NCBI GenBank assembly: GCA_013360915.1
Contig: JABWAT010000009.1
Span: forward strand, 3,337-67,336
Length of the DNA: 64,000 nucleotides
DNA from: Bacteroidota bacterium
Lineage (GTDB): Bacteria > Bacteroidota > JABWAT01
Reading direction: 5' to 3'
Shown here: positions 9,001 to 21,018 of the stretch, piece by piece
How the letters are laid out: every line of letters begins with the position of its first letter
Position numbering within the stretch: the stretch's first letter is position 1
Made by a program: the position numbers and the translations under genes
The notes under the pieces: model-generated
Told to the model about the DNA's origin: nothing
Seen by the model: the letters and a program-made list of their open reading frames with translations, nothing else
Databases searched by the model: none

Positions 9001-9349
9001 GAGTTCCCGGTTGTGTCATTGAACAGGTTCCGTCGAAGGAGGCCCCTTCTTCAATAATCAGCTTTTTAGTGAACAGATCACCCTGAAATACCGATGTGGA
9101 TTCCAGCACGGTTCTTTCGGATATCACGACCTTACCGGTGATTTTCCCGCCGGAAACGAGGGATTTTGATTCAATATTGCCGCTGATCTCTCCTGAAGGT
9201 CCCAGCAAGAGGCCGCCGTCGGCTTTCAGGTCCCCGTTCAGTTTGCCATCAAGTCTGATATTGCCCTTGCTGGTAATGGTTCCCACGATGGTGGTGCTCA
9301 CATTGATCCAGTTTCCGTCTGCAGGATGTCCGTTGGTTGTTTTCGACAT
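8975..9349 (-). CDS. Bactofilin family cytoskeletal protein
   Basis: Repetitive beta-helix pattern (IVGTITSKGNIRLDGKLNGDLKADGGLLLGPSGEISGNIESKSLVSGGKITGKVVIS) typical of DUF583 (CcmA family). Confidence 0.75.
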   Translation of the reverse strand: MSKTTNGHPADGNWINVSTTIVGTITSKGNIRLDGKLNGDLKADGGLLLGPSGEISGNIESKSLVSGGKITGKVVISERTVLESTSVFQGDLFTKKLIIEEGASFDGTCSMTQPGTHAGPETKK

Positions 9350-9352
9350 AAT

Positions 9353-10249
9353 TTAAAACCGCGATAAATAATCCAGAGGGTTCAGATAATTTCCATTGTG
9401 CCAGAGTTCAACATGCAAATGCGGCCCGGTGGTGTACTCGCCGGTATTTCCGCTCAGTGCAATGAACTCACCGGTGGTGATGGCGCTTCCATGCTGAACC
9501 ATCACCGAACTGAGATGTTTATAGACCGATACAAATCCGGATACATGCTGAACAACCACTGTATAACCCGTTTTCAGGGTCCAGTCAACAAACACGACTT
9601 TTCCGGAGGCCATGGCTGAAACCGGTGTTCCCGATTTCACCGCAATATCGAGCCCGAAATGACTGACTCCCGGTTGAACGCCTCTGGTAATGATTCCCTT
9701 GACCGGGGCACTCAGAATGAGCCCACCCAAAGACAGGGGAATGGCCTGTGAGGCATAGGAATCCGTCAGAGCGGACAGGTCTTCTTCTGCGTAGGAGGAG
9801 GCTTCCTCCAATCCGAATCCGATGGGAGACAATGCTTCATCAGCCTGCTCAACCACCGGTGCCCCTTCAGCCACCAGTCCATCCTGTTTCGGAACGGCGC
9901 GGGTGGTGGTATCGAGACTGTCGGTTTTCATCAGATTCTGAAACCTGGCAAAGTAATCAGACCGGACGGCGATCGCCTTGCTCAGGGAGTCCATCCGCCG
10001 GGCATTGTCAATCACATCCCGCTGATAGGTTCCCGAATCAACCGCTCCCGGTGCCAGCCCGACCAGCGGTGTGAATAAAATCAGAGAGGCGCCTGCTCCT
10101 GCAAAAAGTAAAAGAACAACCACAATTCCGGTGATCAGCCAGTTCTTTGACAGTCGGAACCGAACCGGCTCGCGGGTGATGTCATGGCTGTGATAGACCA
10201 GAACCTGATAGCTGTCAGGCAGCCGCTTTTTAGTTTTGACAGACCCCAT
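9353..10249 (-). CDS. M23 (LytM-like) metalloendopeptidase with N-terminal membrane anchor
   Basis: HFGLDIA (HxxxD) and HLHVELWHNGNYLNPLDY (HxH) motifs. Confidence 0.85.
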   Translation of the reverse strand: MGSVKTKKRLPDSYQVLVYHSHDITREPVRFRLSKNWLITGIVVVLLLFAGAGASLILFTPLVGLAPGAVDSGTYQRDVIDNARRMDSLSKAIAVRSDYFARFQNLMKTDSLDTTTRAVPKQDGLVAEGAPVVEQADEALSPIGFGLEEASSYAEEDLSALTDSYASQAIPLSLGGLILSAPVKGIITRGVQPGVSHFGLDIAVKSGTPVSAMASGKVVFVDWTLKTGYTVVVQHVSGFVSVYKHLSSVMVQHGSAITTGEFIALSGNTGEYTTGPHLHVELWHNGNYLNPLDYLSRF

Positions 10250-10552
10250 TCCGTCCCAGATTTCAAGACTCGCAAGATACTTTTACGGGCAGGGCTTGTC
10301 AATTTAATCCGGCTGCAAAAACACAACACAAAATCAAATTTGGTCCTTCTGGCATTTGGGAGAATTTCCTGCGAAGGACAGTGGAACCAAAGTCGTGTTT
10401 TGTTTCACGAAAGGGTGTTTGGGTCCGGCAATTTTGTCAGAAAGTTGAAGGTCCGGAACCCGGGTAAGGGCCGAATGGCAGAAAACCCGCTTGAAAATCA
10501 GATTGGCACAGCCTTTGTGAGTAAACGCGATGGTTTTAATTTAACATATTGA

Positions 10553-12475
<1,923 letters not shown>

Positions 12476-12500
12476 TCCGGTCTGACAATGGCGGATTGAA

Positions 12501-12532
12501 CCCCGGCAGGAGCACCTGCCGGGGTTTTTTGT
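12501..12532 (+). terminator. Rho-independent terminator of dnaK
   Basis: CCCCGGCAGG-agca-CCTGCCGGGG followed by TTTTTTG. Confidence 0.7.
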
Positions 12533-12694
12533 TTAAAGCCGGCTGACATGACTGCGTGGGCGCAGACAAAGCGTCGGCCTCCTGCTGCCGGGGTTGTCAG
12601 GTCTGCTGACAGGGTGTTAGCCGGTGTCTGACGGAATGATTCCGGCACAGCACTTGTACAAAGAGGGAAAAAAGACATTGAAGGAGATGAAACA

Positions 12695-15328
12695 ATGAAT
12701 ACAGACCGTCTGACGGTTAAAGTTCAGGAATCCCTGCAAAATGCAATCAGGCTGGCTTCCTCCATGAATCAGCAGGTGATTGAGCCGGAACATGTGTATC
12801 TGGGGTGTGCTGAGGACCCCGAGGGGGTTCTGACCGCGGTCATCAGTAAAATTTCTGGTCAACCGGATCTGTTGCTGAACCGGGTACGTGAAGCAGCCGA
12901 ACGGCTTCCCCGGGTGTCGGGTGCAAGTATTCAGCAGCCGTACCTGAGCAATCAGACCGGAAAACTGTTTGACAAGGCCCAGAAAATGGCGGATGACATG
13001 AAAGATGATTTCATCTCAACCGAGCATGTCCTGATTGCCATGACCGATCTTCCCGGGCAGTTAAAGGAAATACTCGCTTCTTTTGGTGTGAAAAAGGACA
13101 CCATTCTGGCGGTTCTGAAGGAAATCAGAGGCAACCAGCGGGTGACCGATGCCGGTGCTGAATCGAGGTATCAGGCACTCAGGCGATTTGCCCGTGATTT
13201 AAACGAAATGGCCCGGAAACACAAACTTGATCCGGTGATTGGCCGTGATGACGAAATCCGTCGCGTGCTTCAGATTCTTTCCCGGCGTACGAAGAACAAC
13301 CCGGTCCTGATCGGAGAACCCGGGGTGGGAAAAACCGCCATTGCTGAAGGATTGGCTCACCGGATTGTCACCGGAGATGTTCCTGAGGGTCTGAAAGACA
13401 AGCGTGTATTTGCACTTGATATGGGGGCCCTGATTGCCGGCGCAAAATACCGGGGTGAATTCGAGGACCGGCTGAAGGCCGTCATTAAGGAAGTGGTTGA
13501 GTCGGATGGCGAATACATTCTCTTTATCGATGAAATCCACACGCTGGTTGGTGCCGGATCTGCAGAAGGGGCCATGGATGCCGCGAATATTCTGAAACCG
13601 GCTCTGGCCCGTGGCGAATTACGGGCCGTTGGTGCCACCACTCTGGATGAATACCGCAAGCACATCGAAAAAGATGCCGCGCTTGAACGCCGGTTTCAGC
13701 CGGTTCTGGTCGGGGAGCCCTCTCTGGAAGAATCGGTTTCGATTCTGCGGGGACTGAAGGAAAAATATGAAGTTCATCACGGGGTGAGAATTACCGACTC
13801 GGCTATTGTTGCAGCAGTTGAGCTCTCTGACCGGTATATCTCTGATCGGTTTCTGCCCGATAAGGCCATCGATCTGGTCGATGAAGCTGCCAGTCGTTTA
13901 CGGATGGAAATCGATTCCATGCCGGAAGAACTGGATATCATCGAACGGCAGATCCGGCAACTGGAAATCGAACTGGAAGGAATCAAACGCGAAAAGGATT
14001 CTTCCAACACGGTCAAGGAAGACCAGATCCGGAAGGAACTTGCCCGTCTTGGCGAGGAGCGGTCGGCTCTGCGGGCGCATTGGCTCCGGGAAAAGGAATT
14101 GATCCAGAAGATCAGAGAAATCAAATCGGCCATGGATACGGCCCGGACACAGGCCGAGCAGCATGAACGGGATGGCAATTTCGGAAAGGTGGCTGAAATC
14201 AGGTATGGAACCCTGACGGCCCTTGAAAAAGATCTTAAATCGGTCAATGAACTGCTGGCGGCCCATCAGGTCAGCCTGAAAATGCTGAAGGAAGAAGTAG
14301 AAGCCGATGACATTGCGGGCATTGTGTCGCGATGGACAGGAATTCCGGTTACCCGCATGCTTGAATCGGAGCGGCAGAAATTGTTGCACATGGAAGAACG
14401 TCTGGCTAACCGGGTGGTGGGTCAGCGGGAAGCTGTTGAAGCTGTCTCTGCAGCGGTACGCAGATCGCGTGCGGGCTTACAGGATGAAAATCGTCCCATC
14501 GGGTCGTTCATTTTTATGGGAACCACCGGCGTGGGTAAAACCGAGCTGGCCCGGGCACTTGCCGAATTCATGTTTGATGATGAAGGTGCGCTGATCCGAC
14601 TCGACATGAGTGAGTACATGGAGAAGCATTCTGTATCGAGGTTGATCGGGGCCCCTCCGGGCTATGTCGGATACGATGAAGGTGGCCAGCTGACCGAGGC
14701 TGTCCGGAGAAAACCCTACTCGGTGGTTTTACTCGATGAAATCGAAAAAGCCCATCCCGATGTATTTAATGTGCTACTGCAGTTGCTCGATGATGGCAGG
14801 CTGACCGATAACCAGGGCCGGACCGTCAATTTTAAAAACACCATCATTATCATGACATCAAATCTGGGATCAGCCATTATTCAGGATGATCTGGCGAACC
14901 TGACCGGAATGAACCGTCAGGCGGTGCTGGAACAAGTGCGGGAGAAACTGCTTCAGCAGTTAAAAATGACGCTTCGTCCGGAATTCCTGAACCGCATCGA
15001 TGAAATCATTGTTTTTCATCCGCTTTCACGCGACGAGGTTAAGGGGATTGTCAGTATTCAGTTCCGGCGGATTCAGGCACTGGCTCTGAAGGCGGGTATC
15101 CGGCTTGAAATTGCTCCGGAGGCGGTGGCTCGTCTGGCCGATCTTGGATACGATCCGCAGTTTGGTGCCCGGCCGTTAAAAAGGTTGCTTCAGAAACATC
15201 TGGTCAATCCGCTGTCAGAAAAAATATTGAGCGGACTGGTTCAGGCAGGTGACTCTCTCGAGGTCATCCGGCATGGAGATGGATTTGATTTTGCGAAGGT
15301 GGAGTACGTGGGAACCGACCCGGTTTAA
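12695..15328 (+). CDS. clpB: ATP-dependent chaperone ClpB
   Basis: Two AAA+ modules ([17 protein letters not shown]) and a middle coiled coil, 877 aa. AGGAG Shine-Dalgarno 9 nt upstream. Confidence 0.97.
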   Translation: MNTDRLTVKVQESLQNAIRLASSMNQQVIEPEHVYLGCAEDPEGVLTAVISKISGQPDLLLNRVREAAERLPRVSGASIQQPYLSNQTGKLFDKAQKMADDMKDDFISTEHVLIAMTDLPGQLKEILASFGVKKDTILAVLKEIRGNQRVTDAGAESRYQALRRFARDLNEMARKHKLDPVIGRDDEIRRVLQILSRRTKNNPVLIGEPGVGKTAIAEGLAHRIVTGDVPEGLKDKRVFALDMGALIAGAKYRGEFEDRLKAVIKEVVESDGEYILFIDEIHTLVGAGSAEGAMDAANILKPALARGELRAVGATTLDEYRKHIEKDAALERRFQPVLVGEPSLEESVSILRGLKEKYEVHHGVRITDSAIVAAVELSDRYISDRFLPDKAIDLVDEAASRLRMEIDSMPEELDIIERQIRQLEIELEGIKREKDSSNTVKEDQIRKELARLGEERSALRAHWLREKELIQKIREIKSAMDTARTQAEQHERDGNFGKVAEIRYGTLTALEKDLKSVNELLAAHQVSLKMLKEEVEADDIAGIVSRWTGIPVTRMLESERQKLLHMEERLANRVVGQREAVEAVSAAVRRSRAGLQDENRPIGSFIFMGTTGVGKTELARALAEFMFDDEGALIRLDMSEYMEKHSVSRLIGAPPGYVGYDEGGQLTEAVRRKPYSVVLLDEIEKAHPDVFNVLLQLLDDGRLTDNQGRTVNFKNTIIIMTSNLGSAIIQDDLANLTGMNRQAVLEQVREKLLQQLKMTLRPEFLNRIDEIIVFHPLSRDEVKGIVSIQFRRIQALALKAGIRLEIAPEAVARLADLGYDPQFGARPLKRLLQKHLVNPLSEKILSGLVQAGDSLEVIRHGDGFDFAKVEYVGTDPV

Positions 15329-15334
15329 TCCGGG

Positions 15335-16303
15335 TCAGGCTTTCAGTTTCCGGTAGTACATTTCTGACATGGGCACCGGAATCTGATGGTCGTGGGCCAG
15401 AGCCAGCAGTTCTCCCAGATAGGCTTCCAGTTCATGGGGTTTGCCCGACAGGTAGTCCCGCTGGAACGACGTTGTTGACTCTGCAGGGGATTTCATGGCA
15501 ATTTCATAGGACTTTTCGGCAGCATTTTCGGGTAACCTGATGCCGCAGGCTTTGGCCACATACCGGATTTCTTCCATGATTGCAATGTAGGCCTCGGATG
15601 TTTTTGGCGTTTTGAGCACCTCGCCGATGGTCATGTCATGGGCCGCGGCCACCACACTGAGTGCCCCGATAAACTGAAACTTCAACCATTTATACTTGAG
15701 CGGATCTTCGGTCAGGACCACATCGAAACCCGGTTCCTTCAGATAATCCCGGATTCCTTCCAGTTTCGGATGGCTGGTTCCCTGTAGTCCGAAAATGATT
15801 TTCTGTGCATCTCCCTGGCGGATCACGACTCCCGGTTGTTTGATTTCTGCGATCACATAAACCAAACCATCACAGATGATTCCTGATTTACAGGCTGCAC
15901 GTATTTTTTCTGTATTTCCCAATCCGTTCTGAACAGGAATGACCACCGTATCGGGTCCGCAGATGGGATGAAGCAATGGGAGAACGGATTCGAGGCTGTA
16001 ACTTTTTACGGCAAGAATGACCAGGTCTGCCTTTCCGAGATGATCGGTGGAACTGATGACGATATCGGGATGGACCACTCGCTGGTCGCCGTCTGAAATA
16101 ATCCGAAGACCGTGCTGACGGATGGCATTCAGTTGGTCTCCTCTGGAGATAAAACAGACTTCATGACCCGGCTGGCCGGTGTAGTGAAGCGATAAAAGAC
16201 CGCCAAAGTAGCCACCAACGCCACCAATGCCGATGATCACCGTTTTCATCCGGACCTCCCTGACTGCGATTGATTGGGTAAAAAGATAATCGTTTTTATT
16301 CAC
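15335..16303 (-). CDS. 2-dehydropantoate 2-reductase (PanE/ApbA) family oxidoreductase (probable start MKTVIIG at 16249)
   Basis: IIGIGGVGGYFGGLL Rossmann motif and a ketopantoate-reductase-like C-terminus. Confidence 0.7.
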   Translation of the reverse strand: MNKNDYLFTQSIAVREVRMKTVIIGIGGVGGYFGGLLSLHYTGQPGHEVCFISRGDQLNAIRQHGLRIISDGDQRVVHPDIVISSTDHLGKADLVILAVKSYSLESVLPLLHPICGPDTVVIPVQNGLGNTEKIRAACKSGIICDGLVYVIAEIKQPGVVIRQGDAQKIIFGLQGTSHPKLEGIRDYLKEPGFDVVLTEDPLKYKWLKFQFIGALSVVAAAHDMTIGEVLKTPKTSEAYIAIMEEIRYVAKACGIRLPENAAEKSYEIAMKSPAESTTSFQRDYLSGKPHELEAYLGELLALAHDHQIPVPMSEMYYRKLKA

Positions 16304-16413
16304 AGAATGAACAGGTTCCCGACCGATTCATTTGTAAATTCGTCACGGATTGGTGAAACCAGTTGATTCACCGCTGCGTACGCGGGTTCTTTTACCATTT
16401 TCTGGAGTCGATA

Positions 16414-19338
16414 ATGAAGGCTTTGTCAGCCGTTTTTCTTTTAATGCTGTCTGTGACGGGATTTGCCCAGCGGTCCGATTACTTTCAGCAGGAAGCATCC
16501 TATATCATCCGGGCCGAGTTGTCACCCGACACCCGTCAGCTCAAAGGATTGGTTACCTTCACTTATACCAATCATTCTCCCGATCCGCTGGATGTGATCT
16601 GGTTTCACCTGTATCCCAATGCCTTTAAAGACGAATCGACTCCCTTTGCCCGTCAGATGCGGGAAATGAAACGGTGGGGGTTTACCGAAAGTCAGCCCGA
16701 TGATAAAGGGTGGATCGATGCCAGTTTCTTTCACGGATCGACCAAGCTGACCACTGAAGAAAAGCCCGATGCCATTGATGAGGTGAAAGTCTATCTTCCC
16801 ACATCCCTGAAAACCGGCGATTCCATCACCCTGACCATTCCGTTTGATGTGAAAATTCCAAAGGTATTTTCCCGGCTTGGCACCGAAAACAATCATTTTG
16901 GAATGACACAGTGGTATCCCAAGGTGGTGGTGTATGACCAAGATGGCTGGCATCCCGATTCCTATCTGGATTATGGTGAATTTTACGGGGAATTTTCTTC
17001 CTTTGATGTCACTCTGACCGTTCCCGGCTCCTTTACCATTGATGCAACCGGCATGCTTCAGGACAATCCTTCTGAACAGGCCCGGATTGATTCCCTGATC
17101 AGCCGTTATCAAACCTACAAGGCGCTCACAACCGATGGGGACCGTCAGGCCTTTATTCTGCAATTCAAACAGGATGTGCTAAAAGCAAAGGAGGCCGGTG
17201 GTACCAAGTCGCTGAGGTTCGTTGCAAAAAAGGTTCCGGATTTTGCCTGGTTTGCCGGTGAGGATTTTCTGGTGGATTCGGCCAGGACTTCCACAGGCGT
17301 GCTCAGTTATGCGCTGATTCAGCCAGCTAATGCCGATTCCTGGCGACATGCGGCCCGGTTTGCCAGCGAGGCGGTGGACCATTACAGCCGGATGGTCGGA
17401 CCCTATCCGTATCCCAAGGCGAGTGTGGTCGATGGCGCTTTGGATGCGGGCGGCGGAATGGAATATCCGATGATTACTGTCATCAGTTCAGGAAATCCGG
17501 AAGGATTGAATCTGCTCGATCAGGTTATAACCCATGAAGTGGGTCATAACTGGTTCCAGAGCATTCTGGGATCGAATGAACGGGCCCATGCCTGGATGGA
17601 TGAAGGAATCAATTCCTATTACGAAGGCCGCACCATGGATGCAAAGTATGGGGCTGACCGATCCTTTTTGTCTGATCCGTCCAAATTAGGTCCTTTCAGC
17701 CTGATTCTTCGTCCGGTTGGAAGTCATGAACTGAACCTTCACTCGCTGAACATGCTCGTACACAAGAATCAGGATTTGCCCAATAACCTTCCAGCCAGTG
17801 ATTATATCTACAATGGGAACATGGTGGTTCATTACCAGAAGGGTGCGCTCATGATGGCTGCACTGGAATCTTATCTGGGCCGTGAAAAATTTGATAAAGC
17901 CATGCAGGCGTATTTTCAGACCTGGAAATTCAGGCATCCCGGTCCCGATGACTTAATCGCAGTGGTGGAACAGTCGGTGGGCGAAGACCTGAACTGGTTT
18001 TTTGATCCGTGGCTGAACAGTACGTCCTATCCTGATTTTTATGTGATTTCGAAGGAAACCATCCAGACCGCAGAGGGATTCCGGACCGATATAACGGTTG
18101 GAAATAAAGGTGATTTATTCATGCCGGTTCCGGTTCAGCTGGTAACTGCTGCGGGTGATACCTTGTTTCAAACCGTTTTTCCAAAACCGGAAGGAACGAT
18201 CAGTTTTACTCATCGCGATCAGGTGGCCTCTGTCCGGCTGAATCCAGGAAACCGGATTTATGAACTGGACTTCACCAACAACGGCCAGGGTTTTCAGATC
18301 AATGTGAATTTTCTGGCAGCCGTTCCCAGTCTGGATGCCTATGACATCAACCTGTTTCCTGTCATGGATTATAACACGGTGGATGGGGTTCAGCTTGGGG
18401 CGGGTTATTGGGGCGGAAATCTGCTGACGGGAGACAAACTGACCCTGGTGACTGTATACAAGGGTCTTTCTACCGGAGAACCCGGTTACCGGTTTTTCTT
18501 CAGTGACCGGATTCCCCGGAAGCTGCTTGATTATATCGACTGGGGCGGTACTTTCTATGATCAGCAGGGTTTCCGCAAACAGGAAGTTTTTATCAGGGGA
18601 ACTGCTGGTTTCCGGTACTATGAATCCTCGGCGGAACTGTCGGTCGGACGGTATCTGAATGATGATATCCGGTATGTGAATCCATTACTGATTCAGGATG
18701 TGGACTATCAGACCGTCAATCTGACGTTGAAGGCAAAGAATTCGACCCGGGCCTATGCGTCCTCATTCCGGTCCACCATCAGTTCGAGTTTTGAAGTGAA
18801 CGAAGGAGATCCGCTTTTTACCCGGGTTGATGCCGAGTTCGGATACCGGTTCCGGTGGGAAAGCCGGTCTTATGCTGCCATCCGGTTGTATGCAGGCTCT
18901 GCTTTCGGAACCATTCCCCTGCAGGAAGGCTTTTTCCCCGGCGGATCAGCGGATCCCCGCCGCGAGGCCTTTCTGATCCCCATGAAAGGATCGGTTTCTC
19001 TGCTTGATAATCTGTCACCGGGAGATGGACTGTTCATGCCGGGATATGCTGTTTATGGTCAGAAGGGTCTGCAGGTTGGTAAGGCTGGTTTTGCAGTCAA
19101 ACTGACCCTGCAAAAATCGGGATGGATGTTTTTTACCGATGCAGGGCAGGTGTATAAGGAACGGAAAAATTTCGGATCGGGGTCGCTGCTGTATGATGCC
19201 GGACTCGGATATCAGTTAGGGCCGATTGAACTGTTGTTCCCGGTTTGGGTATCCGATCCGCCGAAAGGCGACGATCCGACTGATTTCAGGTTTGTTCTGA
19301 AGTATAATCTGACCGATATCCTCGATCAGAGTTTCTGA
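16414..19338 (+). CDS. M1-family (aminopeptidase N-like) zinc metallopeptidase fused to a C-terminal Omp85/surface-antigen-type beta-barrel
   Basis: Signal peptide MKALSAVFLLMLSVTGFA, then HEVGHNWF...WMDEGINSYYE (HExxH plus E). The C-terminal roughly 350 aa show the Omp85 pattern (FPGGSADPRREAF...GWMFFTDAGQVYKE...GLGYQLGPIELLFPVWV...FRFVLKYNLTDI...F). GGAG Shine-Dalgarno upstream. Confidence 0.65.
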   Translation: MKALSAVFLLMLSVTGFAQRSDYFQQEASYIIRAELSPDTRQLKGLVTFTYTNHSPDPLDVIWFHLYPNAFKDESTPFARQMREMKRWGFTESQPDDKGWIDASFFHGSTKLTTEEKPDAIDEVKVYLPTSLKTGDSITLTIPFDVKIPKVFSRLGTENNHFGMTQWYPKVVVYDQDGWHPDSYLDYGEFYGEFSSFDVTLTVPGSFTIDATGMLQDNPSEQARIDSLISRYQTYKALTTDGDRQAFILQFKQDVLKAKEAGGTKSLRFVAKKVPDFAWFAGEDFLVDSARTSTGVLSYALIQPANADSWRHAARFASEAVDHYSRMVGPYPYPKASVVDGALDAGGGMEYPMITVISSGNPEGLNLLDQVITHEVGHNWFQSILGSNERAHAWMDEGINSYYEGRTMDAKYGADRSFLSDPSKLGPFSLILRPVGSHELNLHSLNMLVHKNQDLPNNLPASDYIYNGNMVVHYQKGALMMAALESYLGREKFDKAMQAYFQTWKFRHPGPDDLIAVVEQSVGEDLNWFFDPWLNSTSYPDFYVISKETIQTAEGFRTDITVGNKGDLFMPVPVQLVTAAGDTLFQTVFPKPEGTISFTHRDQVASVRLNPGNRIYELDFTNNGQGFQINVNFLAAVPSLDAYDINLFPVMDYNTVDGVQLGAGYWGGNLLTGDKLTLVTVYKGLSTGEPGYRFFFSDRIPRKLLDYIDWGGTFYDQQGFRKQEVFIRGTAGFRYYESSAELSVGRYLNDDIRYVNPLLIQDVDYQTVNLTLKAKNSTRAYASSFRSTISSSFEVNEGDPLFTRVDAEFGYRFRWESRSYAAIRLYAGSAFGTIPLQEGFFPGGSADPRREAFLIPMKGSVSLLDNLSPGDGLFMPGYAVYGQKGLQVGKAGFAVKLTLQKSGWMFFTDAGQVYKERKNFGSGSLLYDAGLGYQLGPIELLFPVWVSDPPKGDDPTDFRFVLKYNLTDILDQSF

Positions 19339-19364
19339 GGAAAGCCACGACTCAATCATGAAAG

Positions 19365-19390
19365 AGGGACTAAACGGTCCCTTTTTCTTT
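19365..19390 (+). terminator. Rho-independent terminator after the M1/Omp85 gene
   Basis: AGGGAC-taaacg-GTCCCT followed by TTTTCTTT. Confidence 0.6.
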
Positions 19391-19506
19391 AAGCGCAATT
19401 TAATCTCCCCCGGAATGACAGTGAGAAGAGTTACCCTGCTTCAGGCGTATCTTTGTCCCGGTCCGGCCCGGAATGAACCGGTGAAGCCGACCCCGAAGGA
19501 GACTTC

Positions 19507-20514
19507 ATGATCAACCGTCCTGATTGGCTGCATAAGCTGAAACCCTACCTGAAATCGAGTACGCCACGAGCCATTTTTCAATTATTGAATACGGTGGTTC
19601 CCTATGTCGGACTGATGGCTCTGATGGTCTGGATGCTCAACTCAGATATTTCCTGGTGGTGGATTTTGCCCATCTGCCTGCCTGCCGCCGGTCTGCTGGT
19701 GCGGATTTTTATCATTTTTCACGACTGCACCCATAATTCATTTTTCTCGAGTAAACGTGCCAATGAAATTGTAGGGCATATTACAGGCACCATGGTTTTC
19801 ACTGGTTTTTCTGACTGGCAGCATACCCATGCCGTTCACCATAAAAATGTGGGCGATCTGGATAAACGGGGAACCGGTGGCGATATCTGGACCATGACGG
19901 TTACTGAGTACAAGGCCTCTTCCTTTCTGACAAAGGTCTGGTACCGGATCTACCGCAATCCGTTGTTTCTGTTCCTGATTGTTCCCTCGGTTTTGTTTCT
20001 GGTTATTCAACGTTTCCCCGATACGACCATGGGAACCCGCAAAATCGGCAGTCTCATGCTGACCAATGCGGTGATTGCCGGTGTTCTGATTCTCTCCTGG
20101 TTTACCATCGGATTGGGAACCTATCTGGCCGTTCAGGTTCCGGTGATGGCAATTGCCGGCACCATGGGAATCTGGTTGTTCTACGTTCAGCATCAGTATG
20201 AGAATGTGTACTGGTCCCGGTCACAGGGCTGGAATCCGTTCGAAGCAGCGCTTGAAGGAAGTTCTTTTTACAAGTTACCGGCTGTGCTCCGCTGGTTCAC
20301 CGGCAACATTGGTTACCATCACATTCATCACATGAATCCGGCCATTCCCAACTACTACCTGAAAAAATGTTACGAAAGCATTGATGAACTGCGCAAGGTG
20401 GAGCCTCTGACCATCAGCCGCAGCCTGAAGTCTCTGTTCCTGCATCTGTACGATGAACAATCGAAGCGGATGGTCACTTTCTGGCAGGCCCGGAAGCTGG
20501 CTGGGAGCGTTTAA
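19507..20514 (+). CDS. Membrane fatty-acid desaturase
   Basis: Three histidine boxes (HDCTH, HAVHHK, HHIHHM) and four TM segments. Confidence 0.85.
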   Translation: MINRPDWLHKLKPYLKSSTPRAIFQLLNTVVPYVGLMALMVWMLNSDISWWWILPICLPAAGLLVRIFIIFHDCTHNSFFSSKRANEIVGHITGTMVFTGFSDWQHTHAVHHKNVGDLDKRGTGGDIWTMTVTEYKASSFLTKVWYRIYRNPLFLFLIVPSVLFLVIQRFPDTTMGTRKIGSLMLTNAVIAGVLILSWFTIGLGTYLAVQVPVMAIAGTMGIWLFYVQHQYENVYWSRSQGWNPFEAALEGSSFYKLPAVLRWFTGNIGYHHIHHMNPAIPNYYLKKCYESIDELRKVEPLTISRSLKSLFLHLYDEQSKRMVTFWQARKLAGSV

Positions 20515-20516
20515 TA

Positions 20517-20565
20517 CAGGAGTCAGGAGACAGGAGTCAGGAGTCAGCAGCCAGAATTCAGAATT
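20517..20565. repeat. Heptamer tandem repeat (CAGGAGT)4-(CAGCAGC)-(CAGAATT)2 immediately 3' of the desaturase stop
   Basis: Seven consecutive CAGNNNN units read directly from the sequence. Confidence 0.9.
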
Positions 20566-20903
20566 TCGCCTCCTCCGCCGGAGAGGGAAGGGGTGAGGGT
20601 CTGTTGAATTTTTGCTTTGAAATACCCGCCCCCTTCGAGAGCCCCAGGGCCCGGGTATTTCTGTTCTCTGATATCTGCTTTCTGATCACTTGAAAAACCC
20701 CAATAGTCATTCCGGCTCGGCACGTCCGGCACTGGCGAACAGGCCGGGATGACATTGTTTGGGTGGGTTTTACTGGACTCTGTTTCCGGTCCCCAAGCAG
20801 CACTTTCCCGACTTCATCGGGGGTACACTTTTAGCTTAGTGACCAAGCCGATGGACTGATCTCTTGTATTTTCTTTTAACTTTTAACCCGTAACTCTTAA
20901 CTG

Positions 20904-20931
20904 AAAAAACCCTTCCCCGATTTAATCGGGG
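20904..20931 (-). terminator. Putative terminator of the Gfo/Idh gene
   Basis: Perfect palindrome CCCCGAT-tta-ATCGGGG followed (on the minus strand) by AAGGG and TTTTTT. Confidence 0.4.
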
Positions 20932-20990
20932 CAAGCGGAATCACTCAGGGTCCGGGTTTTTCGAAAACCTCGGGGTACGGGTTTTTCCCA

Positions 20991-21018
20991 TCACCATTCA
21001 CCACTCACCATTCACCAC
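20991..21018. repeat. Heptamer tandem repeat (TCACCAY)4 abutting the Gfo/Idh stop codon
   Basis: tcaccat tcaccac tcaccat tcaccac read directly. On the minus strand this places TGA in successive frames. Confidence 0.9.

Noticed and set aside
16522-17163. 213-aa ORF on the minus strand
   Set aside because: Antisense within the M1 peptidase gene, and Gly-rich low complexity.
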